Origin: Bugula neritina
Lineage: Eukaryota; Animalia; Bryozoa
Reading direction: 5' to 3'
DNA: 64,000 nucleotides
NCBI GenBank assembly: GCA_964035545.1
Contig: CAXIUT010000230.1
Coordinates: 1,178,001-1,242,000, forward strand
Part shown: piece by piece, positions 1-14,990 of the stretch
Position numbering within the stretch: the first letter of the stretch is position 1
Layout of the letters: each line of letters starts with the position of its first letter
The notes under the pieces: model-generated
Told to the model about the DNA's origin: nothing
The model's database searches: none
The model's input: the letters and a program-made list of their open reading frames with translations, nothing else
Translations under genes and position numbers: made by a program

Positions 1-2060
1 ATACTGCAACATGCTGCAACATACTGAAATACACTGTAACATATTGAATTACACTGCATCATACTGCAACATACTGAAAAACACTGGAACATATTGATAT
101 GCACTGCAACTCATTGAAATATACTGCAACACACTGCAACATACGGCAGCATACCGAAATATACTGCGACACATTGAAAAATACTGCAACATACTGAAAT
201 ATACTGCAAGTGGTGCAACATACTGAATTACACTCTAACATACTGAAATATGCTGTAGCATACTGAAATACACTGCAACACACTGAAGTATACTGTAATA
301 CACTGAAATGTAATGCAACATACTGAATTATACTGCAACATAGTGCAACATACTGAAATACACTGTTACACACTGAAATACACTGAAACATAATGCAACA
401 TACTGCAACATACTGAAATACACTGTAACATATCGAAATACACTGCAACATACTGCAACATACTGAAATGCACCGGAACATAATGGAATACCTTGCAACA
501 GATTGAAATATACTGCGACAGACTGAAACATAAGGTAACACAATGAAGTATACTGCGACACATTAAAATATACTGCAACATACTGAAATATACTGCAACA
601 TACTGAAATGTAATGTAATATACAGAAATGTACTGTAACAAACTGAATTACACTCTAACATACTGAAACATGCTGTAGCATACTGAAATACACTGCAACA
701 CACTGAAGTATACTGTAATACACTGAAATGTGATGCAACATACTGAATTATACTGCAACATAGTGCAACATACTGAAATATACTACAACAAACTGCAACA
801 TACTGAAATACACTGGAACATATTGAAATACACTGCGACACATTGAAACATACTGCAACATACTGAAATACACTGGGACACATTGAAATATACTGTAACA
901 TACTGCAACATACTAAAATACACTGCAACACATTAAAATATACTGCAACATACTGAAACATACTGCAACATACTGAAATACACTGTGACACACTGAAATA
1001 CACTGCAACATACTGCAACATACTGCAACATACTAAAATACACTGCAAGACATTAAAATATATTGCAACATACTGAAACATACTGCAACATACTGAAATA
1101 TACTGCAACACACTGAAACATACGGCAACATACCGAAATAAACTGCGACACGTTGAAAATTATTTCAACATACTGAAATATACTGCGACGCCTTAAAATA
1201 TACTGCAACATACTGAAATAGACTGCAAGTGGTGCAACATACTGAAATACACTGTGACACACTGAAATACACTGAAACATACTGCAACATACTGCAACAT
1301 ACTGAAATATTGTGCGACACACTGAAATACACTGCAATATACTGCAACATACTGCAACATACTGCATTACACTGGAACATATTGATATACACTGCAACAC
1401 ATTGAAATATACTGCAACACACTGAACCATATGGCAACATACCGAAATTTACTGCGACACACTGAAAAATACTGCAACATACGAATTATATTTCAAGCGG
1501 TGCAACATACTGAAATACAATGTGACACACTGAAATACACTGCAACATACTGCAACATACTGCAACATACTGAAATATTGTGCGACACATTGAAATATAC
1601 TGCAACGTATTGAAATATACTGTAACATACTGCAACATACTAAAATACACTGCAACATACTGAAATACATTGCAACACATTAAAATATACTGCGACATAC
1701 TGAAACATACTGCAACATGCTGAAATATACTGCAACATACTGAAATACACTATCACATATTGAAATATACTGCAACATACTGAATTACACTCTAACATAC
1801 TGAAATATGCTGTAGCATACTGAAATACACTGCAACACACTGAAGTATACGGTAATACACTGAAATGTAATGCAACATACTGAATTATACTGCAACATAG
1901 TGCAACATACTGAAATACACTACAACATACTGCAACATACTGAAATACACTGGAACATATTGAAATACACTGCGACACATTGAAACATACTGCAACATAC
2001 TGAAATATACTGCAAGATACTGCAACATACTGAAACAGACTGTGACATACTGAAATACAC
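1..2060. repeat. Copy of the left-type (~2.4-kb) HOR, most similar to the copy at ~10,430-12,550
   Basis: ORF-track offsets 563->11053, 1053->11543 and 1431->11921 are all 10,490. Shared private variants: actgcattac (1361/11851), tttcaagcgg (1491/11981), tattgcaaca (1061/11551). Confidence 0.85.
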
Positions 2061-5000
2061 TGTGACACACTGAAATACACTGCAACATACTGCAACATAC
2101 TGCAACATACTGAATTACACTGGAACATGTTGATATACACTGCAACACATTGAAATATACTGCAACACACTGAACCATATGGCAACATACCGAAATTTAC
2201 TGCGACACACTGAAAAATACAGCAACATACGAATTATACTTCAAGTGGTGCAACATACTGAAATACAATGTGACACACTGAAATACACTGCAACATACTG
2301 CAACATACTGCAACATACTAAAATACACTGCAACACATTAAAATATACTGCAACATACTGAAACATACTGCAACATACTGAAATACACTGTGACACACTG
2401 AAATACACTGCAACATACTGCAACATACTGCAACATACTGCAACATACTGAATTACACTGGAACATATCGATATACACTGCAATACATTGAAATATACTG
2501 CAACACACTGAACCATATGGCAACATACCGAAATTTACTGCGACACACTGAAAAATACTGCAACATACGAATTATACTTCAAGTGGTGCAACATACTGAA
2601 ATACAATGTGACACACTGAAATACACTGCAACATACTGCAACATACTGCAACATACTGAAATATTGTGCGACACATTGAAATATACTGCAACGTATTGAA
2701 ATATACTGTAACATACTGCAACATACTAAAATACACTGCAACATACTGAAATACATTGCAACACATTAAAATATACTGCGACATACTGAAACATACTGCA
2801 ACATGCTGAAATATACTGCAACATACTGAAAGACACTATCACATATTGAAATATACTGCAACATACTGAATTACACTCTAACATACTGAAATATGCTGTA
2901 GCATACTGAAATACACTGCAACACACTGAAGTATACTGTAATACACTGAAATGTAATGCAACATACTGAATTATACTGCAACATAGTGCAACATACTGAA
3001 ATACACTACAACATACTGCAACATACTGAAATACACTGGAACATATTGAAATACACTGCGACACATTGAAACATACTGCAACATACTGAAGTATACTGCA
3101 AGATACTGCAACATACTGAAACAGACTGTGACATACTGAAATACACTGCAACATACTGCAAGATACCGCAACCTACGGAAATACACTGTAACATATTGAA
3201 ATACACTGCATAATACTGCAACATACTGAATTACACTGGCACATATTGATATACACTGCAACACATTGAAATATACTGCAACACACTGAAACATACGGCA
3301 ATATACCAAAATATACTGCGACACCTTGAAAAATACTGCAACATACGAAATATACTGCAAGTGGTGCAACATACTGAAATACAATGTGACACACTGGAAT
3401 ACACTGCAACATACTGCAACATACTGAAATATTGTGCGACACAATAAAATATACTGCAACATATTGAAATATACTGTAATATACTGCAACGTACTAAAAT
3501 ACACTGCAACACATTAAAATATACTGCAACATACTGAAACATACTGCAACATACTGAAATACACTGTGACACACTGAAATACACTGCAACATACTGCAAC
3601 ATACTGCAACATACTAAAATACACTGCAAGACATTAAAATATACTGCAACATACTGAAACATACTGCAACATACTGAAATATACTGCAACACACTGAAAC
3701 ATACGGCAACATACCGAAATAAACTGCGACACGTTGAAAATTATTTCAACATACTGAAATATACTGCGACGCCTTAAAATATACTGCAACATACTGAAAT
3801 AGACTGCAAGTGGTGCAACATACTGAAATACACTGTGACACACTGAAATACACTGCAACATACTGCAACATACTGCAACATACTGAAATATTGTGCGACA
3901 CACTGAAATACACTGCAATATACTGCAACATACTGCAACATACTGAATTACACTGGAACATATTGATATACACTGCAACACATTGAAATATACTGCAACA
4001 CACTGAACCATATGGCAACATACCGAAATTTACTGCGACACACTGAAAAATACTGCAACATACGAATTATACTTCAAGCGGTGCAACATACTGAAATACA
4101 ATGTGACACACTGAAATACACTGCAACATACTGCAACATACTGCAACATACTGCAACATACTGAAATATTGTGCGACACATTGAAATATACTGCAACGTA
4201 TTGAAATATACTGTAACATACTGCAACATACTAAAATACACTGCAACATACTGCAACATACTGAAATACACTGGAACATATTGAAATACACTGCGACACA
4301 TTGAAACATACTGCAACATACTGAAGTATACTGCAAGATACTGCAACATACTGAAATATTGTGCGACACAATAAAATATACTGCAACATATTGAAATATA
4401 CTGTAACATACTGCAACATACTAAAATAGACTGCAACACATTAAAATATACTGCAACATACTGAAACATACTGCAACATACTGAAATACACTGTGACACA
4501 CTGAAATACACTGCAACATACTGCAACATACTGCAACATACTAAAATACACTGCAAGACATTAAAATATACTGCAACATACTGAAACATACTGCAACATA
4601 CTGAAATATACTGCAACACACTGAAACATACGGCAACATACCGAAATAAACTGCGACACGTTGAAAATTATTTCAACATACTGAAATATACTGCGACGCC
4701 TTAAAATATACTGCAACATACTGAAATAGACTGCAAGTGGTGCAACATACTGAAATACACTGTGACACACTGAAATACACTGCAACATACTGCAACATAC
4801 TGCAACATACTGAAATATTGTGCGACACACTGAAATACACTGCAATATACTGCAACATACTGCAACATACAGAATTACACTGGAACATATTGATATACAC
4901 TGCAACACATTGAAATATACAGCAACACACTGAACCATATGGCAACATACCGAAATTTACTGCGACACACTGAAAAATACTGCAACATATGAAATATACT

Positions 5001-5490
5001 TCAAGCGGTGCAACATACTGAAATACAATGTGACACACTGAAATACACTGCAACATACTGCAACATACTGCAACATACTGCAACATACTGCAACATACTG
5101 AAATATTGTGCGACACATTGAAATATACTGCAACGTATTGAAATATACTGTAACATACTGCAACATACTAAAATACACTGCAATATACTGAAATACATTG
5201 CAACACATTAAAATATACTGCGACATACTGAAACATACTGCAACATGATGAAATATACTGCAACATACTGAAATACACTGTCACATATTGAAATATACTG
5301 CAACATACTGAATTACACTCTAACATACTGAAATATGCTGTAGCATACTGAAATACACTGCAACACACTGAAGTATACTGTAATACACTGAAATGTAATG
5401 CAACATACTGAATTATACTGCAACATAGTGCAACATACTGAAATACACTGTGACACACTGAAATACACTGAAACATAATGCAACATACTG
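2060..5490. repeat. Rearranged zone of left-type HOR cassettes, including 338-bp and 927-bp local duplications
   Basis: The gaaccatatggcaac landmark recurs at 2179 and 2517 (338 bp). ORFs 3634->4561 and 3746->4673 are offset by 927 bp. Cassette order departs from the regular 2.4-kb unit. Confidence 0.75.
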
Positions 5491-5499
5491 CAACATACT

Positions 5500-8400
5500 G
5501 AAACATACGGCAATATACCAAAATATACTGCGACACCTTGAAAAATACTGCAACATACGAAATATACTGCAAGTGGTGCAACATACTGAAATACAATGTG
5601 ACACACTGGAATACACTGCAACATACTGCAACATACTGCAACATACTGAAATACACTGTAACATATTGAATTACACTGCATCATACTGCAACATACTGAA
5701 AAACACTGGAACTTATTGATATGCACTGCAACTCATTGAAATATACTGCAACACACTGCAACATACGGCAGCATACCGAAATATACTGCGACACCTTGAA
5801 AAATACTGCAACATACTGAAATATACTGCAAGTGGTGCAACATACTGAATTACACTCTAACATACTGAAATATGCTGTAGCATACTGAAATACACTGCAA
5901 CACACTGAAGTATACTGTAATACACTGAAATGTAATGCAACATACTGAATTATACTGCAACATAGTGCAACATACTGAAATACACTGTGACACACTGAAA
6001 TACACTGAAACATAATGCAACATACTGCAACATACTGAAATACACTGTAACATATCGAAATACACTGCAACATACTGCAACATACTGCAACATACTGAAA
6101 TACACCGTAACATATCGAAATACACTGCAACATACTGCAACATACTGAAATGCACCGGAACATAATGGAATACCCTGCAACAGATTGAAATATACTGCGA
6201 CAGACTGAAACATAAGGTAACACAATGAAGTATACTGCGACACATTAAAATATACTGCAACATACTGAAATATACTGCAACATACTGAAATGTAATGTAA
6301 TACACAGAAATGTACTGTAACATACTGAATTACACTCTAACATACTGAAACATGCTGTAGCATACTGAAATACACTGCAACACACTGAAGTATACTGTAA
6401 TACACTGAAATGTGATGCAACATACTGAATTATACTGCAACATAGTGCAACATACTGAAATACACTACAACAAACTGCAACATACTGAAATACACTGGAA
6501 CATATTGAAATACACTGCGACACATTGAAACATACTGCAACATACTGAAATACACTGGGACACATTGAAATATACTGTAACATACTGCAACATACTAAAA
6601 TACACTGCAACACATTAAAATATACTGCAACATACTGAAACATACTGCAACATACGGAAATACACTGTGACACACTGAAATACACTGCAACATACTGCAA
6701 CATACTGCAACATACTAAAATACACTGCAAGACATTAAAATATACTGCAACATACTGAAACATACTGCAACATACTGAAATATACTGCAACACACTGAAA
6801 CATACGGCAACATACCGAAATAAACTGCGACACGTTGAAAATTATTTCAACATACTGAAATATACTGCGACGCCTTAAAATATACTGCAACATACTGAAA
6901 TAGACTGCAAGTGGTGCAACATACTGAAATACACTATGACACACTGAAATACACTGAAACATACTGCAACATACTGCAACATACTGAAATATTGTGCGAC
7001 ACACTGAAATACACTGCAATATACTGCAACATACTGCAACATACTGAATTACACTGGAACATATTGATATACACTGCAACACATTAAAATATACTGCAAC
7101 ACACTGAACCATATGGCAACATACCGAAATTTACTGCGACACACTGAAAAATACTGCAACATACGAATTATACTTCAAGCGGTGCAACATACTGAAATAC
7201 AATGTGACACACTGAAATACACTGCAACATACTGCAACATACTGCAACATACTGCAACATACTGCAACATACTGAAATATTGTGCGACACATTGAAATAT
7301 ACTGCAACGTATTGAAATATACTGTAACATACTGCAACATACTAAAATACACTGCAACATACTGAAATACATTGCAACACATTAAAATATACTGCGACAT
7401 ACTGAAACATACTGCAACATGCTGAAATATACTGCAACATACTGAAATACACTATCACATATTGAAATATACTGCAACATACTGAATTACACTCTAACAT
7501 ACTGAAATATGCTGTAGCATACTGAAATACACTGCAACACACTGAAGTATACGGTAATACACTGAAATGTAATGCAACATACTGAATTATACTGCAACAT
7601 AGTGCAACATACTGAAATACACTACAACATACTGCAACATACTGAAATACACTGGAACATATTGAAATACACTGCGACACATTGAAACATACTGCAACAT
7701 ACTGAAATATACTGCAAGATACTGCAACATACTGAAACAGACTGTGACATACTGAAATACACTGCAACATACTGCAAGATACCGCAACCTACTGAAATAC
7801 ACTGTAACATATTGAAATACACTGCATCATACTGCAACATACTGAATTACACTGGAACATATTGATATACACTGCAACACACTGAAATATACTGCAACAC
7901 ACTGAAACATACGGCAATATACCAAAATATACTGCGACACCTTGAAAAATACTGCAACATACGAAATATACTGCAAGTGGTGCAACATACTGAAATACAA
8001 TGTGACACACTGGAATACACTGCAACATACTGCAACATACTGCAACATACTGAAATACACTGTAACATATTGAATTACACTGCATCATACTGCAACATAC
8101 TGAAAAACACTGGAACATATTGATATGCACTGCAACTCATTGAAATATACTGCAACACACTGCAACATACGGCAGCATACCGAAATATACTGCGACACAT
8201 TGAAAAATACTGCAACATACTGAAATATACTGCAAGTGGTGCAACATACTGAATTACACTCTAACATACTGAAATATGCTGTAGCATACTGAAATACACT
8301 GCAACACACTGAAGTATACTGTAATACACTGAAATGTAATGCAACATACTGAATTATACTGCAACATAGTGCAACATACTGAAATACACTGTGACACACT

Positions 8401-11400
8401 GAAATACACTGAAACATAATGCAACATACTGCAACATACTGAAATACACTGTAACATATCGAAATACACTGCAACATACTGCAACATACTGCAACATACT
8501 GAAATACACCGTAACATATCGAAATACACTGCAACATACTGCAACATACTGAAATGCACCGGAACATAATGGAATACCCTGCAACAGATTGAAATATACT
8601 GCGACAGACTGAAACATAAGGTAACACAATGAAGTATACTGCGACACATTAAAATATACTGCAACATACTGAAATATACTGCAACATACTGAAATGTAAT
8701 GTAATACACAGAAATGTACTGTAACATACTGAATTACACTCTAACATACTGAAACATGCTGTAGCATACTGAAATACACTGCAACACACTGAAGTATACT
8801 GTAATACACTGAAATGTGATGCAACATACTGAATTATACTGCAACATAGTGCAACATACTGAAATACACTACAACAAACTGCAACATACTGAAATACACT
8901 GGAACATATTGAAAGACACTGCGACACATTGAAACATACTGCAACATACTGAAATACACTGGGACACATTGAAATATACTGTAACATACTGCAACATACT
9001 AAAATACACTGCAACACATTAAAATATACTGCAACATACTGAAACATACTGCAACATACGGAAATACACTGTGACACACTGAAATACACTGCAACATACT
9101 GCAACATACTGCAACATACTAAAATACACTGCAAGACATTAAAATATACTGCAACATACTGAAACATACTGCAACATACTGAAATATACTGCAACACACT
9201 GAAACATACGGCAACATACCGAAATAAACTGCGACACGTTGAAAATTATTTCAACATACTGAAATATACTGCGACGCCTTAAAATATACTGCAACATACT
9301 GAAATAGACTGCAAGTGGTGCAACATACTGAAATACACTATGACACACTGAAATACACTGAAACATACTGCAACATACTGCAACATACTGAAATATTGTG
9401 CGACACACTGAAATACACTGCAATATACTGCAACATACTGCAACATACTGAATTACACTGGAACATATTGATATACACTGCAACACATTAAAATATACTG
9501 CAACACACTGAACCATATGGCAACATACCGAAATTTACTGCGACACACTGAAAAATACTGCAACATACGAATTATACTTCAAGCGGTGCAACATACTGAA
9601 ATACAATGTGACACACTGAAATACACTGCAACATACTGCAACATACTGCAACATACTGCAACATACTGCAACATACTGAAATATTGTGCGACACATTGAA
9701 ATATACTGCAACGTATTGAAATATACTGTAACATACTGCAACATACTAAAATACACTGCAACATACTGAAATACATTGCAACACATTAAAATATACTGCG
9801 ACATACTGAAACATACTGCAACATGCTGAAATATACTGCAACATACTGAAATACACTATCACATATTGAAATATACTGCAACATACTGAATTACACTCTA
9901 ACATACTGAAATATGCTGTAGCATACTGAAATACACTGCAACACACTGAAGTATACGGTAATACACTGAAATGTAATGCAACATACTGAATTATACTGCA
10001 ACATAGTGCAACATACTGAAATACACTACAACATACTGCAACATACTGAAATACACTGGAACATATTGAAATACACTGCGACACATTGAAACATACTGCA
10101 ACATACTGAAATATACTGCAAGATACTGCAACATACTGAAACAGACTGTGACATACTGAAATACACTGCAACATACTGCAAGATACCGCAACCTACTGAA
10201 ATACACTGTAACATATTGAAATACACTGCATCATACTGCAACATACTGAATTACACTGGAACATATTGATATACACTGCAACACACTGAAATATACTGCA
10301 ACACACTGAAACATACGGCAATATACCAAAATATACTGCGACACCTTGAAAAATACTGCAACATACGAAATATACTGCAAGTGGTGCAACATACTGAAAT
10401 ACAATGTGACACACTGGAATACACTGCAACATACTGCAACATACTGCAACATACTGAAATACACTGTAACATATTGAATTACACTGCATCATACTGCAAC
10501 ATACTGAAAAACACTGGAACATATTGATATGCACTGCAACTCATTGAAATATACTGCAACACACTGCAACATACGGCAGCATACCGAAATATACTGCGAC
10601 ACATTGAAAAATACTGCAACATACTGAAATATACTGCAAGTGGTGCAACATACTGAATTACACTCTAACATACTGAAATATGCTGTAGCATACTGAAATA
10701 CACTGCAACACACTGAAGTATACTGTAATACACTGAAATGTAATGCAACATACTGAATTATACTGCAACATAGTGCAACATACTGAAATACACTGTTACA
10801 CACTGAAATACACTGAAACATAATGCAACATACTGCAACATACTGAAATACACTGTAACATATCGAAATACACTGCAACATACTGCAACATACTGCAACA
10901 TACTGAAATACACTGTAACATATCGAAATACACTGCAACATACTGCAACATACTGAAATGCACCGGAACATAATGGAATACCTTGCAACAGATTGAAATA
11001 TACTGCGACAGACTGAAACATAAGGTAACACAATGAAGTATACTGCGACACATTAAAATATACTGCAACATACTGAAATATACTGCAACATACTGAAATG
11101 TAATGTAATATACAGAAATGTACTGTAACAAACTGAATTACACTCTAACATACTGAAACATGCTGTAGCATACTGAAATACACTGCAACACACTGAAGTA
11201 TACTGTAATACACTGAAATGTGATGCAACATACTGAATTATACTGCAACATAGTGCAACATACTGAAATATACTACAACAAACTGCAACATACTGAAATA
11301 CACTGGAACATATTGAAATACACTGCGACACATTGAAACATACTGCAACATACTGAAATACACTGGGACACATTGAAATATACTGTAACATACTGCAACA

Positions 11401-14400
11401 TACTAAAATACACTGCAACACATTAAAATATACTGCAACATACTGAAACATACTGCAACATACTGAAATACACTGTGACACACTGAAATACACTGCAACA
11501 TACTGCAACATACTGCAACATACTAAAATACACTGCAAGACATTAAAATATATTGCAACATACTGAAACATACTGCAACATACTGAAATATACTGCAACA
11601 CACTGAAACATACGGCAACATACCGAAATAAACTGCGACACGTTGAAAATTATTTCAACATACTGAAATATACTGCGACGCCTTAAAATATACTGCAACA
11701 TACTGAAATAGACTGCAAGTGGTGCAACATACTGAAATACACTGTGACACACTGAAATACACTGAAACATACTGCAACATACTGCAACATACTGAAATAT
11801 TGTGCGACACACTGAAATACACTGCAATATACTGCAACATACTGCAACATACTGCATTACACTGGAACATATTGATATACACTGCAACACATTGAAATAT
11901 ACTGCAACACACTGAACCATATGGCAACATACCGAAATTTACTGCGACACACTGAAAAATACTGCAACATACGAATTATATTTCAAGCGGTGCAACATAC
12001 TGAAATACAATGTGACACACTGAAATACACTGCAACATACTGCAACATACTGCAACATACTGAAATATTGTGCGACACATTGAAATATACTGCAACGTAT
12101 TGAAATATACTGTAACATACTGCAACATACTAAAATACACTGCAACATACTGAAATACATTGCAACACATTAAAATATACTGCGACATACTGAAACATAC
12201 TGCAACATGCTGAAATATACTGCAACATACTGAAATACACTATCACATATTGAAATATACTGCAACATACTGAATTACACTCTAACATACTGAAATATGC
12301 TGTAGCATACTGAAATACACTGCAACACACTGAAGTATACGGTAATACACTGAAATGTAATGCAACATACTGAATTATACTGCAACATAGTGCAACATAC
12401 TGAAATACACTACAACATACTGCAACATACTGAAATACACTGGAACATATTGAAATACACTGCGACACATTGAAACATACTGCAACATACTGAAATATAC
12501 TGCAAGATACTGCAACATACTGAAACAGACTGTGACATACTGAAATACACTGCAACATACTGCAAGATACCGCAACCTACTGAAATACACTGTAACATAT
12601 TGAAATACACTGCATCATACTGCAACATACTGAATTACACTGGAACATATTGATATACACTGCAACACACTGAAATATACTGCAACACACTGAAACATAC
12701 GGCAATATACCAAAATATACTGCGACACCTTGAAAAATACTGCAACATACGAAATATACTGCAAGTGGTGCAACATACTGAAATACAATGTGACACACTG
12801 GAATACACTGCAACATACTGCAACATACTGCAACATACTGAAATACACTGTAACATATTGAATTACACTGCATCATACTGCAACATACTGAAAAACACTG
12901 GAACATATTGATATGCACTGCAACTCATTGAAATATACTGCAACACACTGCAACATACGGCAGCATACCGAAATATACTGCGACACATTGAAAAATACTG
13001 CAACATACTGAAATATACTGCAAGTGGTGCAACATACTGAATTACACTCTAACATACTGAAATATGCTGTAGCATACTGAAATACACTGCAACACACTGA
13101 AGTATACTGTAATACACTGAAATGTAATGCAACATACTGAATTATACTGCAACATAGTGCAACATACTGAAATACACTGTTACACACTGAAATACACTGA
13201 AACATAATGCAACATACTGCAACATACTGAAATACACTGTAACATATCGAAATACACTGCAACATACTGCAACATACTGCAACATACTGAAATACACCGT
13301 AACATATCGAAATACACTGCAACATACTGCAACATACTGAAATGCACCGGAACATAATGGAATACCTTGCAACAGATTGAAATATACTGCGACAGACTGA
13401 AACATAAGGTAACACAATGAAGTATACTGCGACACATTAAAATATACTGCAACATACTGAAATATACTGCAACATACTGAAATGTAATGTAATATACAGA
13501 AATGTACTGTAACAAACTGAATTACACTCTAACATACTGAAACATGCTGTAGCATACTGAAATACACTGCAACACACTGAAGTATACTGTAATACACTGA
13601 AATGTGATGCAACATACTGAATTATACTGCAACATAGTGCAACATACTGAAATATACTACAACAAACTGCAACATACTGAAATACACTGGAACATATTGA
13701 AATACACTGCGACACATTGAAACATACTGCAACATACTGAAATACACTGGGACACATTGAAATATACTGTAACATACTGCAACATACTAAAATACACAGC
13801 AACACATTAAAATATACTGCAACATACTGAAACATACTGCAACATACTGAAATACACTGTGACACACTGAAATACACTGCAACATACTGCAACATACTGC
13901 AACATACTAAAATACACTGCAAGACATTAAAATATACTGCAACATACTGAAACATACTGCAACATACTGAAATATACTGCAACACACTGAAACATACGGC
14001 AACATACCGAAATAAACTGCGACACGTTGAAAATTATTTCAACATACTGAAATATACTGCGACGCCTTAAAATATACTGCAACATACTGAAATATACTGC
14101 AAGTGGTGCAACATACTGAAATACACTGTGACACACTGAAATACACTGAAACATACTGCAACATACTGCAACATACTGAAATATTGTGCGACACACTGAA
14201 ATACACTGCAATATACTGCAACATACTGCAACATACTGAATTACACTGGAACATATTGATATACACTGCAACACATTGAAATATACTGCAACACACTGAA
14301 CCATATGGCAACATACCGAAATTTACTGCGACACACTGAAAAATACTGCAACATACGAATTATACTTCAAGCGGTGCAACATACTGAAATACAATGTGAC

Positions 14401-14990
14401 ACACTGAAATACACTGCAACATACTGCAACATACTGCAACATACTGAAATATTGTGCGACACATTGAAATATACTGCAACGTATTGAAATATACTGTAAC
14501 ATACTGCAACATACTAAAATACACTGCAACATACTGAAATACATTGCAACACATTAAAATATACTGCGACATACTGAAACATACTGCAACATGCTGAAAT
14601 ATACTGCAACATACTGAAATACACTATCACATATTGAAATATACTGCAACATACTGAATTACACTCTAACATACTGAAATATGCTGTAGCATACTGAAAT
14701 ACACTGCAACACACTGAAGTATACGGTAATACACTGAAATGTAATGCAACATACTGAATTATACTGCAACATAGTGCAACATACTGAAATACACTACAAC
14801 ATACTGCAACATACTGAAATACACTGGAACATATTGAAATACACTGCGACACATTGAAACATACTGCAACATACTGAAATATACTGCAAGATACTGCAAC
14901 ATACTGAAACAGACTGTGACATACTGAAATACACTGCAACATACTGCAAGATACCGCAACCTACTGAAATACACTGTAACATATTGAATT
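5500..14990. repeat. Homogeneous left-type HOR array: ~4 tandem copies of a 2,404/2,384-bp unit (241 monomers in the 2,404-bp form)
   Basis: Landmark acggcaatatacc lies at 5507, 7911, 10315 and 12699 (spacings 2404, 2404, 2384). The + strand landmark ORF starts at 7113, 9517, 11921 and 14305 with the same spacings. Six 9-bp monomers per unit give 2410-6 = 2404. Confidence 0.92.
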
